DNA of 64,000 nt from an uncultured delta proteobacterium (GCA_963776345.1 CAVZMH010000022.1:352001-416000), one strand, 5' to 3'; shown: positions 18,701-27,767, counted from the stretch's first letter. Program-made: numbers and translations. Notes: generated from the letters alone by a model not told the origin.

Positions 18701-19365
18701 ATGGCCATGAGCCCGAACGGATCCACCAGCGCCGCCACGGTCCGCCGCTCGACGTCGCCGGTCAGGTTGACCCCGATGAGGTAGCCGAGCAGCGCCACCA
18801 CCGCGCCCACGTAAACCGGGAGCATGCGCCGGGTGAGCACGGCCAGGGCGAAGAAGACCGAGGCCATCAGCAGGATGTCGGGGATGAGCACCAGGAGGTA
18901 CGGGACCGCGTAGGCCGCGAGCCGCTGGGGGCCCACCCGCGAGGCCGGCATCCAGGGGAGGATCGAGGCGAGCCACGCCCCGAGCCCGATACCCAGGGAC
19001 AGGACCAGCATCACCCCGAGCGCGCCGAGGAAGCGGCCGCCCAGGTACTCGGCCCGGGTGATGGGGCGGGTGAAGAGCAGCGGGGTGGTGTTGGCGTCGA
19101 TGTCCTGGTGGGTGGCGCGGCCGGCGATCGCGGCGTTGACCACCACGGTGAAGCTGGCGATCAGCGTCATCAGCATCGCCAGCGACCAGGGCGAGTTGAT
19201 GTTCACCTTGCCGCCGGTCCCGAAGTCGACGGTGGATCCGGGGATGGCCCCGCCCGCGGCGAGGATGAAGAACGCGGCGAGGACCAGGAAGACCGCGAAG
19301 TAGACGTAGGTCGAGATCCTCCGCAGCCGCTGGTGGAGCTCGAAGCCGGCGATCGCCAGGAGCAT
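15784..19365 (-). CDS. ABC-2 type permease fused to an M1-family (gluzincin) aminopeptidase domain
   Basis: Two hydrophobic permease repeats in the N-terminal half; HEVAHHWWG, downstream Glu in VETLAQY, YIHYSKG. Confidence 0.9.
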   Translation of the reverse strand: MLLAIAGFELHQRLRRISTYVYFAVFLVLAAFFILAAGGAIPGSTVDFGTGGKVNINSPWSLAMLMTLIASFTVVVNAAIAGRATHQDIDANTTPLLFTRPITRAEYLGGRFLGALGVMLVLSLGIGLGAWLASILPWMPASRVGPQRLAAYAVPYLLVLIPDILLMASVFFALAVLTRRMLPVYVGAVVALLGYLIGVNLTGDVERRTVAALVDPFGLMAIDSVTHYWSIAEKNTRLLGLRGDFLWNRLLWTGVALSLLAFTYRRFSFSIASAPASRPAVEEPEQRGAPPSIPRARLDFSPRATRGVFRALVGLQLRETVKSVFFGVIVLAGVLFIASTAPDIGKLYGTPTYPVTRQVLSIVAGSFAIFILVVLTLYAGELVWRERDAGMGQIYDALPTPRSAVVASKLAALVAIVGLLLLVVVAAGVTIQAAKGFFHFELGLYLRSLYGISFVLFACLCSLAVLVHVLVDQKYLGHFAMVAFLALSLLLPVLGVEHHLLRYASVPAHPYSDMNGYGHFVAPLFWFELYWVAIALALAVAASLFWVRGTPQTFRERWQQARARLDRRTATVLGAALAIAVGSGAFIFWNTNLRNEYQTRSSREEAQAQYERRYKQRFGALPQPRVTAVKTRVDIFPAERRVEIDGVDTLTNRTGQPIDELVVRLNPRATIRALSFPGGQEQLVSDREAGLHAFRLPRPLAPGATTELAYHLTYANPGFENEGSDTRIVENGTFIDGEYLPGLGYFPQKELSDDEARRKHGLGPRERALDLDDPAAPANNYITHDADRIQFEATVSTSADQRVIAPGSLEREWVEGGRRYFHFVEDRPIFHYLAFLSARYVVEHDRWNGVALEIAHHPEHTYDLASMRRGMKDSLDYFTRAFGPYKHPVLRIVEFPGYATFAESFSSTIPFSESIGFIAEVEKGRPDAIDYPLYVTAHEVAHHWWGHQVLSADAQGMTVLVETLAQYSSLMVMKHAYGPQVMRRFLRYELDRYLSGRSAERKKELPLLRVEDQGYIHYSKGSLVMYALQDLIGEDAVNRALREVVEEYGDRGPPYPTSRVLLAALRRHTPERFQYYLTDQFEQITLYENRVVSAQARKRGDGRYDVTLELETRKVQADALGTEHEVPVHDWIPVGVLDDKGEALALEPRKLDGPRTTVTLVTDRLPARAGIDPLDELIDRLPEDNLMPVTVTP

Positions 19366-20256
19366 TCAGGCCGCCCTGGAGCGTGCGTCCGCCCCGCGTC
19401 GGACGGCGAAGTACACGTCCTCCAGCTCCGGCTCCGCCGGCCCGAAGCCGGGACCGGGCGCACCGTCGGCGAGGACGCGGACCCGCGTCCGTCCGCCCAC
19501 CAGCCGGGTGGAGATGAGCTGGAGCGACTCGCCCAGACGCGCCACCTCGGACTTCTCCACCGTGCGCTCCCACAGTCGTCCGCGCAGTCCGGCGATGGCC
19601 TCCGCGGGTTGCTGGACCAGCCGGAGCTCGCCCTGGTGCATGATCGCCATCCGGCTGCAGAGGTCGGCGACGTCGCTCACGATGTGGGTCGAGAGCAGGA
19701 CGATGACGCTCTCGCTGATCTCCGAGAGCAGGTCGTGGAAACGCACCCGCTCCTCGGGGTCGAGCCCGGCGGTGGGCTCGTCGACGATGAGCAGCCGGGG
19801 TTCCCCGATGAGCGCCTGGGCGATGCCGAAGCGCTGCTTCATCCCGCCGGAGAACGTGCCCAGCGCCCGGTGGCGCGCGTCCCAGAGGTTGGTCCGGTGG
19901 AGGAGCGCCTCCACCGTCGCGCGCCGGAGCGCACGGTCGGCGAGCCCCTTCAGCCGGGCGAGGTGGTCGAGCAGGTCGATGGCCTTCACCTTCGGGTAGA
20001 CCCCGAACTCCTGGGGCAGGTACCCCAGGAGCTTCCGCACCGAGTGCTTGTCCCGGAGCAGGTCGAGGTCGCCGAGGCGAGCCGACCCGGTGTCGGGGTC
20101 CTGCAGCGTGGCCAGGGTGCGCATCAGCGTCGACTTGCCCGCGCCGTTGGGCCCTAGCAGGCCGAACATCCCCGGACCGACGGTGAGGGTGACGTCCCGG
20201 AGCGCCTGGACTCCGTTGGGGTACCTCTTGGAGAGGTTCTCGATGACGAGGTTCAT
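19366..20256 (-). CDS. ABC transporter ATP-binding protein
   Basis: GPNGAGKS, FSGGMKQR, LIVDEP; its stop abuts the permease ATG. Confidence 0.95.
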   Translation of the reverse strand: MNLVIENLSKRYPNGVQALRDVTLTVGPGMFGLLGPNGAGKSTLMRTLATLQDPDTGSARLGDLDLLRDKHSVRKLLGYLPQEFGVYPKVKAIDLLDHLARLKGLADRALRRATVEALLHRTNLWDARHRALGTFSGGMKQRFGIAQALIGEPRLLIVDEPTAGLDPEERVRFHDLLSEISESVIVLLSTHIVSDVADLCSRMAIMHQGELRLVQQPAEAIAGLRGRLWERTVEKSEVARLGESLQLISTRLVGGRTRVRVLADGAPGPGFGPAEPELEDVYFAVRRGADARSRAA

Positions 20257-20359
20257 CCGGCGGAGGACGCCAGACCGCCTGCTCCATTGCCAGCCATCCC
20301 CGTGGTGATCGTCGGGAAGTCGGGAGCCTTCCGGGGGGCCGGGAGGCCCGACTGCAGCG

Positions 20360-21418
20360 TCAGCGGAACCGGAACCCGAGCACCCGCCCGTCGGACGCGA
20401 GCACCCAGGCCACGTTGCCGTGCACCAGCGGCCGGGTGCGGAGCGCGCTGTCCACCCGCGCCGTCGCCGGCGAGCCGGGGCGGGCGAGGTCGATGGCCAG
20501 GAGCCGTCCCTCGCGCCCGGCCGTCGGGACGAGCACCCGGTCCTGCCACTCGGCCACGCCGCCCAGGAGGGGCGCCGGGAGCGACGCGCGCCAGGGCGGC
20601 TGCTCGCCGCGCGCATCGATGCCCAGGAGCGAGTGGTCCTCGAGCCCGACCCAGACCCGGCCCAGCGCGACCGTGGGCGGCGAGACGATGCGCTGGCCCA
20701 CCGGCACCACCCGCCGCTGCGCGCCTGTCCGCAGGTCCAGCACCAGGAGCCGGCCGGCCTGCTCGGCGGTCCAGAGCCGGTCGCCGTCGAGCACCGCCCC
20801 GGTGGCCTCGCGCACCGGCGCCTTCCAGCGGAGCGAACCGTCGTCGCCGGAGAGCAGCAGCAGCGCGGCAGGCCCGATGGCCAGCACGCCTCCCTCGAGC
20901 GCGACCAGCCCCCGGGGAGGAGCGCGGGGGCGTACGCCGAGCGAGGCGTTCCACCCTCGCCGGAGCGGCATGCCACCGCCGCGTGCCGGGAACGAGCGCA
21001 GCTCGCCCTCACGTCCGAGCAGCAGGAGCCGCGTCCCGACCGCGGCGAGCGCCGCCACCGCCGGTTGCTCGCCCGCCCGCCAGCGCTCGTGCCCGGTGTC
21101 GGCGTCGAGCGCCACCAGCGTGTCCCCGCCGGTCACCGCTCCCACCACGCCGTCGTCGGTGACCACCAGCGGGAGCTCGATCTCTCCGCCGGTCTCCACC
21201 GTCCACAGCGCCCGGCCGGCGGCGTCGAGGCGGATGACCCGGCCGGCGTCGTTGCCGAAGACCGCGCCGTCGCCGAGCGGGGTGAGCCCGGTGCGGCTCG
21301 GAGCGTCGCCCGAGGCGGTGAACACCGGCAGGAGCGGCGAGCTGCACGCTCCAAGCAGGAGGGCGGCGAGGACGACCAGGGAGCGGGCGGCCGGCGCTGG
21401 CGGAGCCACTGCCGCCAC
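20360..21418 (-). CDS. PQQ-like beta-propeller lipoprotein (BamB-like fold)
   Basis: LLGAC lipobox; repeated ALDADTGxxRW-type blades. Confidence 0.8.
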   Translation of the reverse strand: MAAVAPPAPAARSLVVLAALLLGACSSPLLPVFTASGDAPSRTGLTPLGDGAVFGNDAGRVIRLDAAGRALWTVETGGEIELPLVVTDDGVVGAVTGGDTLVALDADTGHERWRAGEQPAVAALAAVGTRLLLLGREGELRSFPARGGGMPLRRGWNASLGVRPRAPPRGLVALEGGVLAIGPAALLLLSGDDGSLRWKAPVREATGAVLDGDRLWTAEQAGRLLVLDLRTGAQRRVVPVGQRIVSPPTVALGRVWVGLEDHSLLGIDARGEQPPWRASLPAPLLGGVAEWQDRVLVPTAGREGRLLAIDLARPGSPATARVDSALRTRPLVHGNVAWVLASDGRVLGFRFR

Positions 21419-21434
21419 GCTAGACCAGAAGGCG

Positions 21435-21656
21435 ATGAGTGGCCGCGGTCCAGGACTGACGCTGATGATTCTGGGGGTGGGCCTGATCGTGGCCGGGCTC
21501 CTGGTCTGGTCCGGGGGCCTGTCCTGGTTCGGGCGGCTGCCGGGTGACGTGCGCTGGGAGGGCGACCACTCCCGCGTGTACCTGCCGATCGTCTCGATGA
21601 TCCTGGTCTCGCTGGCGCTCTCGGTGCTGGCGTGGATCTTCCGCGGCCAGCGCTAG
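21435..21656 (+). CDS. DUF2905 family small membrane protein
   Basis: Two TM helices around WFGRLPGD..RVYLPIVSM. Confidence 0.85.
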   Translation: MSGRGPGLTLMILGVGLIVAGLLVWSGGLSWFGRLPGDVRWEGDHSRVYLPIVSMILVSLALSVLAWIFRGQR

Positions 21657-21671
21657 CAGCCGCCCTGGGGC

Positions 21672-22901
21672 TCAGGCCACCTTCATCCCCTTGGGAATCA
21701 CCACCACGCCCCCGGAGGTGACGTGGAAGCGCCGGCGGTCCTCGGCCTCGTCGTAGCCGATGGTCATCCCCGCGGGGATCTCCACGTTCTTGTCCACGAC
21801 CGCGCGCCGGATGCGGCAGCGCCGTCCGACGGTGACGTTCTCGAAGAGGATGCTCTCGCTCACCTCGGAGAACGAGTTGATGCGCACCTTGGGGCTGAGC
21901 ACGCTCCGGTGCACGTGGCCGCCGGAGATGATGCAGCCGTCGCAGACCAGGCTGTCGGTGGCGTAGCCGACGCGCTCGTTCTCCTCGTCGTTGAAGACGA
22001 ACTTCGCCGGCGGGTACGAGCGGTTCTGGGTGTAGATGGGCCAGCGGTCGTTGTAGAGGTTGAACACCGGGTCCACCCCCACCAGGTCCAGGTTGGCCTG
22101 GTAGTAGACGTCGATGTTCCCCACGTCGCGCCAGTAGCCGCGCTCCTTGGGCTCCTGGCCGGGGTAGCTGTTCTGCGCGAAGTCGTACACGAAGACGCGC
22201 GAGTGCCTGTACAGCTCGCTGATGATGCTCTTGCCGAAGTCGTGTGCGCTCCGGTCGTTGGCCGCGTCGCGGACGACCTCCTGCACCAGCGTCTCGGTCT
22301 CGAAGAGGTAGTTGCCCATCGAGGCCAGGCACATCCGGGGATTCCCGGGCATGGGCGGGGGGTGCTTCGGCTTTTCTAAGAAACCCTGCATCCGGCCGTC
22401 GGGCGCCACGTCGATGATGCCGAAGTCCCGGCCCTCCTCGATGGGCACCGGGATGGCGGCCACGGTGCAGTCCGCCTTCTGCGTCAGGTGGTACTCGAGC
22501 ATCCTCGACACGTCCATCCGGTAGACGTGGTCCGCGCCGAAGACGAAGATCTCATCCGGCTCCTCGTCGGTGATGAGGTTCAGGTTCTGGTAGATGGCGT
22601 CCGCGCTGCCCTTGTACCAGTCGAGCCCGGTCCGCATCTGCGCCGGCACCACGTCGACGAACTGGCCCAGGAAGCTGCTCAGCCGCCAGGCCCTCGAGAG
22701 GTGGTTGTTGAGCGAGTCGGACTTGTACTGGGTGAGCACCTTCATCTTCAGCACACCCGAGTTGGCGAAGTTCGACAGGCAGAAGTCGATGATCCGGTAG
22801 CGGCCGCCGAAGGGGACCGCCGGCTTGGCCCGCTCGCGGGTGAGCGGCTCGAGCCGGGTTCCGGCGCCCCCGGCCAGGATCATCGCCAGCGTCTTGCCCA
22901 T
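21672..22901 (-). CDS. glgC: Glucose-1-phosphate adenylyltransferase
   Basis: [49 protein letters not shown]. Confidence 0.97.
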   Translation of the reverse strand: MGKTLAMILAGGAGTRLEPLTRERAKPAVPFGGRYRIIDFCLSNFANSGVLKMKVLTQYKSDSLNNHLSRAWRLSSFLGQFVDVVPAQMRTGLDWYKGSADAIYQNLNLITDEEPDEIFVFGADHVYRMDVSRMLEYHLTQKADCTVAAIPVPIEEGRDFGIIDVAPDGRMQGFLEKPKHPPPMPGNPRMCLASMGNYLFETETLVQEVVRDAANDRSAHDFGKSIISELYRHSRVFVYDFAQNSYPGQEPKERGYWRDVGNIDVYYQANLDLVGVDPVFNLYNDRWPIYTQNRSYPPAKFVFNDEENERVGYATDSLVCDGCIISGGHVHRSVLSPKVRINSFSEVSESILFENVTVGRRCRIRRAVVDKNVEIPAGMTIGYDEAEDRRRFHVTSGGVVVIPKGMKVA

Positions 22902-23026
22902 CGCTCGTCCCATTTAGACACGGGAGCACACGGTGTCGAGGAGGGGGCCGGATGTGACGCCCCCGGGGATCGACCCTTCGGTCCGTGGCGGTCCGGCGAC
23001 CGCTTTGCCTAGAGTCCCCGGCCGCC

Positions 23027-23668
23027 ATGGACGTGCCCCAGCCTGAACCGGCCCCCGGAACCCTGAGCCGCCGGTCCGTCATCAAGCGCGGCCTGCTCGG
23101 GGGCGCCTTGCTCGCCGCGGGGGGCGCCGGCTTCCTCGCGCTCCGGGGCGGCGCCCTGGTGCCCCTTCCGCCCGACGGGCTCCTGGTCTTCACCCCGTCC
23201 CAGTTCGCGGTGCTCGACGCGGTGGCCCGGCGCATGGTGCGGCCCCGCACCGGTTGGCCGACGGTGGACCAGATCGGGGTGGCCCGGGCGGCGGACCGCA
23301 TCGCGGCGCGGGTCGAGCCGAGCGCGCAGAAGGAGCTGCGCCAGCTCCTCGGCCTGTTCGAGAACGGGCTCGCCGGGTTCCTCTTCGGCGGCCGCACCCG
23401 GCCCTTCACCCGCCTGGAGGGTGAGGATCAGGACCGCGTCCTCGCCGAGTGGCGGGACAGCCGGCTGGCCGTGCGGCGCACCGGCCACGCCGCGCTGCGC
23501 ACCCTGGTGCTCGCCGGTTACTACCAGTCGCCGAGCATCTGGCCCGCGGTGGGCTACTCGGGGCCGCCGGGCATCTTCGCCGACGCGGCCTCCCAGCCCG
23601 AGTGGCGGGGCGGGGACCAGCCCCGCCCCGACGGCAACGGCGTCTGGCACGGGGAGGCGCTGCCATGA
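23027..23668 (+). CDS. Tat-signal partner of the GMC oxidoreductase (gluconate 2-dehydrogenase subunit-3-like / LaoB-like)
   Basis: SRRSVIK twin-arginine signal; FTRLEGEDQDRVLAEW, YY..IWPAVGYSGP; ATGA overlap with the GMC gene. Confidence 0.8.
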   Translation: MDVPQPEPAPGTLSRRSVIKRGLLGGALLAAGGAGFLALRGGALVPLPPDGLLVFTPSQFAVLDAVARRMVRPRTGWPTVDQIGVARAADRIAARVEPSAQKELRQLLGLFENGLAGFLFGGRTRPFTRLEGEDQDRVLAEWRDSRLAVRRTGHAALRTLVLAGYYQSPSIWPAVGYSGPPGIFADAASQPEWRGGDQPRPDGNGVWHGEALP

Positions 23669-25224
23669 GCGCGCCCGGGCGAATCCTGACCGGCCGCGAC
23701 CACCCCGTGAACACCACCCTGCACTGTGACGTGGTGGTGGTGGGCTCGGGGGCCGGCGGCTCGGTTCTCGCCGAGCGGCTCACCGCGCGCGGCCTCGAGG
23801 TCATCCTGCTGGAGGAGGGCGGGTACTGGACGCGCCACAGCTTCGACGGGCGCGAGGACCACTCGTACCCGCGGCTGTACCAGGAGATGGGCAACCGGGC
23901 GACCGACGACCAATCGGTGCTCATCCTCCAGGGCCGGAGCGTGGGCGGCGGCACCACCGTGAACTGGTGCACCTCGTTCCGCACCCCGCGCGAGGTGCTC
24001 GAGCGCTGGCGCGACCAGCACGGGGTGAAGGGGCTCACCGAGGAGGCGCTGGTCCCCCACTGGGAGGCCATCGAGAAGCGGCTCCACATCGCGGAGTGGC
24101 CGCTGGAGCGGATGAACGCCAACAACCGCGTGCTCTGGGACGGGTGCGGAAAGCTCGGGTACGCGCGCGGGCTGGTCCGGCGCAACGTGAACAACTGCGC
24201 CGACCTCGGCTACTGCGGCCTGGGCTGTCCGCTCGACGCCAAGATGTCGATGCTGGTGACGCTCATCCCCGACGCGGTGGAGAAGGGGCTGACGGTGCAG
24301 GCCAACGCCTCCGTCCGCCGGATCCTCCTGGGGAGCCGGCGGGTGGGCGGCGTCGAGGCGATGCTGCTCGACCCCGAGACGGACCGGCCGACGGGCGTCA
24401 CCCTCACGGTGAAGGCGAAGACGGTGGCGGTGTGCGGCGGGGCCATCAACTCGCCGGCGCTGCTGCTCCGGTCGGAGCTCGACGGCAACGGGAACGTGGG
24501 GAAGCGTTTCTTCCTCCACCCGGTGGTCATCATGAGCGCGCTGATGCCCGAGCCGGTGGTGCCCTGGAGCGGCGCGCCGCAGGCGGCCTACTCGCGGCAC
24601 TTCAGCGAGCGCGGTGCGGGCAAGGTGGGTTTCCTGCTCGAGGTCCCGCCGATCATGCCGCTCATCGCGGCGACGGTGTTCCCCGGCATCGGCGAGCAGC
24701 ACCAGGCGCTGATGGAGCAGCTCGCGTACATCCAGAGCACCATCGCCATCTGCCACGACGGGTTTCTCCCGGACGACGTGGGCGGGACGGTGAAGCTCCG
24801 GGACCCCCAGGAACGGCGGGTCTCCATCGACTACCCGCTCCGGCCGTTCCACTTCGAGGCCTTCCGCGCGGCGTGCAAGGAGATGGCCCGCATCCAGTTC
24901 GCGGCGGGGGCCCGAGAGGTGCGCTCGCTCCATTCGGCCCCGGTGCGGATCCAGAAGGCGGCGGACATCGACGCCGCGCTCGACGCCGCCCCCTGGGAGC
25001 CGGGCCGGGTGCGAGTGGCCACCGCGCACCAGATGGGTGGCTGCGCGATGGGCGGGGACCCGCGGACGTCGGTGGTGGACAGCACGCTCCGCTACCACGG
25101 GCTGGACAACCTCTTCGTGGTGGACGGCTCGGTGTTTCCGACGTCGCTGGGGGTCAACCCCCAGGAGACCATCTTCGGGCTCGCCCGCTGGGCGAGCCAG
25201 TTCGTCGCCGCGGCGACCGCCTGA
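23665..25224 (+). CDS. GMC family oxidoreductase (long-chain alcohol oxidase-like)
   Basis: DVVVVGSGAGG, VGGGTTVN, CGLGCP, AHQMGGC, DGSVFPTSLGVNP. Confidence 0.9.
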   Translation: MSAPGRILTGRDHPVNTTLHCDVVVVGSGAGGSVLAERLTARGLEVILLEEGGYWTRHSFDGREDHSYPRLYQEMGNRATDDQSVLILQGRSVGGGTTVNWCTSFRTPREVLERWRDQHGVKGLTEEALVPHWEAIEKRLHIAEWPLERMNANNRVLWDGCGKLGYARGLVRRNVNNCADLGYCGLGCPLDAKMSMLVTLIPDAVEKGLTVQANASVRRILLGSRRVGGVEAMLLDPETDRPTGVTLTVKAKTVAVCGGAINSPALLLRSELDGNGNVGKRFFLHPVVIMSALMPEPVVPWSGAPQAAYSRHFSERGAGKVGFLLEVPPIMPLIAATVFPGIGEQHQALMEQLAYIQSTIAICHDGFLPDDVGGTVKLRDPQERRVSIDYPLRPFHFEAFRAACKEMARIQFAAGAREVRSLHSAPVRIQKAADIDAALDAAPWEPGRVRVATAHQMGGCAMGGDPRTSVVDSTLRYHGLDNLFVVDGSVFPTSLGVNPQETIFGLARWASQFVAAATA

Positions 25225-25238
25225 GCCCTGGATAAGGA

Positions 25239-25280
25239 CCGAGGCCCGGGAGCGGTCGCGGTCGCTCCGCCGGGCCTCGG
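25239..25280. terminator. Stem-loop between convergent genes
   Basis: CCGAGGCCCGG..GGAGCG / CGCTCC..CCGGGCCTCGG inverted repeat; no clear U-tract. Confidence 0.55.
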
Positions 25281-25422
25281 GTTCGGCCGTCGCCGGCCGC
25301 TCTTCTCAAGAAATGGGGTCCCGGAGTCGCGGCGGTCTCCCCACGAGTCAGAGCGCAGGAGGGGCCCATGCGCTCGAATCCGCCACGCCCCCGGGAGTCC
25401 CCCCGAGGTTCCCGCTCTCCGT

Positions 25423-25599
25423 TCAGGCCCTCGGTCCGCCCACCTGGGCGGTGTGGTTGGAGTAGTTGTCGATCAGCGCGGCGCTCGCGCCCACGTAGCC
25501 GGCGACCAGCAGCGCGCCGCTGAGGATGAAGGGGATGGGGCTCCACCGGCGGGCGGAGCGGAACAGCTGGGGATTGGGGTTGGTGGTCTCGGGCTTCAT
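25423..25599 (-). CDS. Small single-TM protein, paralogue 1 (58 aa)
   Basis: GGAGG RBS; MKPETTNPNPQLFRSARRWSPIPFILSGALLVAGYVGASAALIDNYSNHTAQVGGPRA; sigma54 promoter upstream. Confidence 0.75.
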   Translation of the reverse strand: MKPETTNPNPQLFRSARRWSPIPFILSGALLVAGYVGASAALIDNYSNHTAQVGGPRA

Positions 25600-25637
25600 G
25601 GCGTCCTCCGTCAGGTGTCTCGATGAGGCTGGGACAT

Positions 25638-25653
25638 TGCACCGGCGGTGCCA
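25638..25653 (-). promoter_or_regulatory. sigma54 -24/-12 promoter of paralogue 1
   Basis: Minus strand TGGCACCGCCGGTGCA (GG-N10-GC). Confidence 0.75.
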
Positions 25654-25717
25654 GCCCGGCTCGACCCCGCCGGCCCCGGAGTTCCGGGCGGTTGTCGGCT
25701 CCCCGGTCGTGCAGGGC

Positions 25718-25768
25718 ATTGCGCAGCGTGTGACAAGGCTCCGCCCGGATGTCGCGTCCGGTGCAACG
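25718..25768. promoter_or_regulatory. Candidate EBP enhancer (paired imperfect palindromes) for paralogue 1
   Basis: ATTGC-N7-GTGAC (25718-25734) and GTCGC-N7-GCAAC (25751-25767); 25747-25768 matches 26185-26206 at 19 of 22 positions. Confidence 0.55.
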
Positions 25769-25880
25769 TGCCCGTTTGCGGGACGGGCGGTGTGCGCATC
25801 CGGCCCGCTCGCGGAAAGCACGACGGCCCGGGACGTCCATCGTCCCGGGCCGCCGGGTGTTGCCTGCCGCCGCCTCGCGC

Positions 25881-26051
25881 TCAGGCGATCTGGTCGACGC
25901 TCGAGGGGACCACCGAGTAGTCGCGGATCATCACCGCGGCGCCACAGAAGTACCCGAGCACCACGAGGATTCCCACGAGGAGCCCATGCGAGCGACGGCG
26001 AGAGGTCTGGAAGATGTTGGAAACGGACTCGGTCTGGGGACTCATCGTCAT
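25881..26051 (-). CDS. Small single-TM protein, paralogue 2 (56 aa)
   Basis: GGAGGAG RBS; MTMSPQTESVSNIFQTSRRRSHGLLVGILVVLGYFCGAAVMIRDYSVVPSSVDQIA (start could be 26045). Confidence 0.72.
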   Translation of the reverse strand: MTMSPQTESVSNIFQTSRRRSHGLLVGILVVLGYFCGAAVMIRDYSVVPSSVDQIA

Positions 26052-26087
26052 CTCTCCTCCGGCGGCATGCCGGCGCCGCGCTGCCTG

Positions 26088-26103
26088 TGCAGCGCTCGTG
26101 CCG
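26088..26103 (-). promoter_or_regulatory. sigma54 -24/-12 promoter of paralogue 2
   Basis: Minus strand CGGCACGAGCGCTGCA (GG-N10-GC). Confidence 0.7.
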
Positions 26104-26156
26104 GGCGCGGCGCGGCGTGGTTGCGGGCGCTTACGGGCTGAGCGCACACCGCCACC

Positions 26157-26206
26157 CGTGCAACCGCGGTCACGCCTGTGCCGTGGATGGTGCGTCCGGC
26201 GCAACG
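26157..26206. promoter_or_regulatory. Candidate EBP enhancer for paralogue 2
   Basis: GGATGGTGCGTCCGGCGCAACG (26185-26206) plus a weaker CGTGC-N7-GTCAC (26157-26173). Confidence 0.5.
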
Positions 26207-26223
26207 GCGCCGGCCCGCTCGGG

Positions 26224-27639
26224 TCAATCCCGGACGTGGTGCCGCTTGATGAGCCGGTAGAGGTGCACCCGGTCGATGTCGGCCGAGGCCGCCGCCTGGG
26301 ACACCTTGCCGCCGTGCAGCTGGAGAAGCGCCTCGACGTACTGCCGCTCGAAGGCGTCGAGGGCCCGCCGGCGGGCTTCCGGATAGGGCACCCGGGGGTC
26401 GATGGTGTTCGGCGCGTCGTCGGCCGGACGTCCCGTCTCCTCGCCCTCGCCCGGGAGCAACGTTTCTTGAAGCACCACGCAGCGCTCGAGGTGGTTCCGC
26501 AGCTCCCGGATGTTCCCCGGCCACGCGGAGCGCTGCAGCTGGGCGATGAAGGGCGGATCCACCAGGGTGGCCTTCACCCGCGCGTCGGCGCCGAGCCCGC
26601 TGAGGAGCTTGTCGACGATCAGCGGGATGTCCTCGGCCCGCTGGCGCAGAGCAGGGAGGGGGATCTTCACCACTGCCAGACGGAAGTAGAGGTCCGACCG
26701 GAAGCGGCCGGCGTTCACCTCCGCGCGGAGGTCGCGGTTGGTGGCGGTGATGATGCGCACGTCCACCGGGGTGTAGGTGTTGCTCCCGAGCTTCCGGATC
26801 TCCCGCGCCTCGAGAACCCGCAGCATCTTCGGCTGGAGCTCGACCGGAAGCTCGCCGATCTCGTCGAGGAACACCGTGCCGCCCCGCGCCTCCTCGAAGA
26901 CGCCCACCCGCCGGTTGACCGCCCCGGTGAAGGCGCCCTTCTCGTGCCCGAACAGCTCGGACTCGAGCAGGTTGGGCGGGAGCGCGCCGCAGTCCACCAC
27001 CAGGAAGTGGTGTTCGCGCCGGCTCGACTGGCGGTGGATGGACTCGGCCGCCTGGCTCTTCCCGGTGCCGGTCTCGCCCTCGAGGAGCACGGTGGAGTCG
27101 GACGCCGCGGCACGCTCCATCAGGGCGAAGCTCATCCGCGCGGCCACCGAGGTGCCCACCAGCGAGCCGAAGCGAGGGAGCTCCGAGAGCTGCAGCTTGG
27201 TCTTCTCTCCGGAGAGCTCGAAGCGGAGCACCACCCGCCCGAGCTGGAGCAGACTCCCGTTGCGGACCGCCGCCTCCTTCACCAGCACGCCGTCGACCAC
27301 GGTGCCGTTCCGGCTCGCCAGGTCCTTGGCCCAGACGCCCTTGTCGTCGACCAGGAGCTCGCAGTGGAAACGGGACACCGTCCGCTCGTCGAGCAGGACG
27401 TCGTTGAGCGGGTGACTCCCGATGGAGGTTCGCTCGCCGGCGGACTCGAAGCTCTGGCCCGCGCCGGCACCTTCCACCACCCGCAGCCGGAAGCGGCGCA
27501 CGTCCGGAGGGCCGGCAGACCGGCCTCCGATTCCGTACGTCGCCGTCGCGTGCGCGTCCCGCTCCGCCGACGGTGGAGAGTCGACGCTGTTCGGCTCCTC
27601 GGGGATTTCCCGACTCTTCTCGCGCCCTGGCATCCGCAT
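26224..27639 (-). CDS. FHA-domain sigma54-dependent enhancer-binding protein (FHA-AAA+-Fis HTH)
   Basis: FHA (IGSHP, VSRFH, DLASRNGT), Walker A GETGTGKS, ESELFGHEKGAFTGA, FLDEIGE, FRSDLYFRL, WPGNIREL, C-terminal HTH. Start approximate. Confidence 0.95.
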   Translation of the reverse strand: MRMPGREKSREIPEEPNSVDSPPSAERDAHATATYGIGGRSAGPPDVRRFRLRVVEGAGAGQSFESAGERTSIGSHPLNDVLLDERTVSRFHCELLVDDKGVWAKDLASRNGTVVDGVLVKEAAVRNGSLLQLGRVVLRFELSGEKTKLQLSELPRFGSLVGTSVAARMSFALMERAAASDSTVLLEGETGTGKSQAAESIHRQSSRREHHFLVVDCGALPPNLLESELFGHEKGAFTGAVNRRVGVFEEARGGTVFLDEIGELPVELQPKMLRVLEAREIRKLGSNTYTPVDVRIITATNRDLRAEVNAGRFRSDLYFRLAVVKIPLPALRQRAEDIPLIVDKLLSGLGADARVKATLVDPPFIAQLQRSAWPGNIRELRNHLERCVVLQETLLPGEGEETGRPADDAPNTIDPRVPYPEARRRALDAFERQYVEALLQLHGGKVSQAAASADIDRVHLYRLIKRHHVRD

Positions 27640-27667
27640 CCGCGAACCTACTCCCGAAGGCGACGCC

Positions 27668-27716
27668 TTGACCGGCCGCGCAACAGCGGATCCCGCTCCG
27701 TGGCGCCGACCGCAAC
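27668..27716. promoter_or_regulatory. Candidate EBP enhancer for paralogue 3, in the divergent EBP/paralogue-3 gap
   Basis: TTGAC-N7-GCAAC (27668-27684) and GTGGC-N7-GCAAC (27700-27716), 32 bp apart. Confidence 0.45.
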
Positions 27717-27767
27717 GCGGGCGACGTAAGACCCAAGTGAATTCAAGGAGATGGAGTCCGTTCGGGC

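Noticed and set aside
15979..20157. 1392-aa plus-strand ORF (and similar long ORFs 1645-4392+, 30491-33472+, 47944-51216-, 39208-41721-)
   Set aside because: Antisense or off-frame shadows of well-supported genes, expected at this GC content; Arg/Pro/Gly-rich with no motifs.
25290..25420. Short inverted repeats (GAGCGCA/TGCGCTC) after paralogue 1 as a structured ncRNA
   Set aside because: Short GC-rich stems are expected by chance, and I recognise no RNA family.
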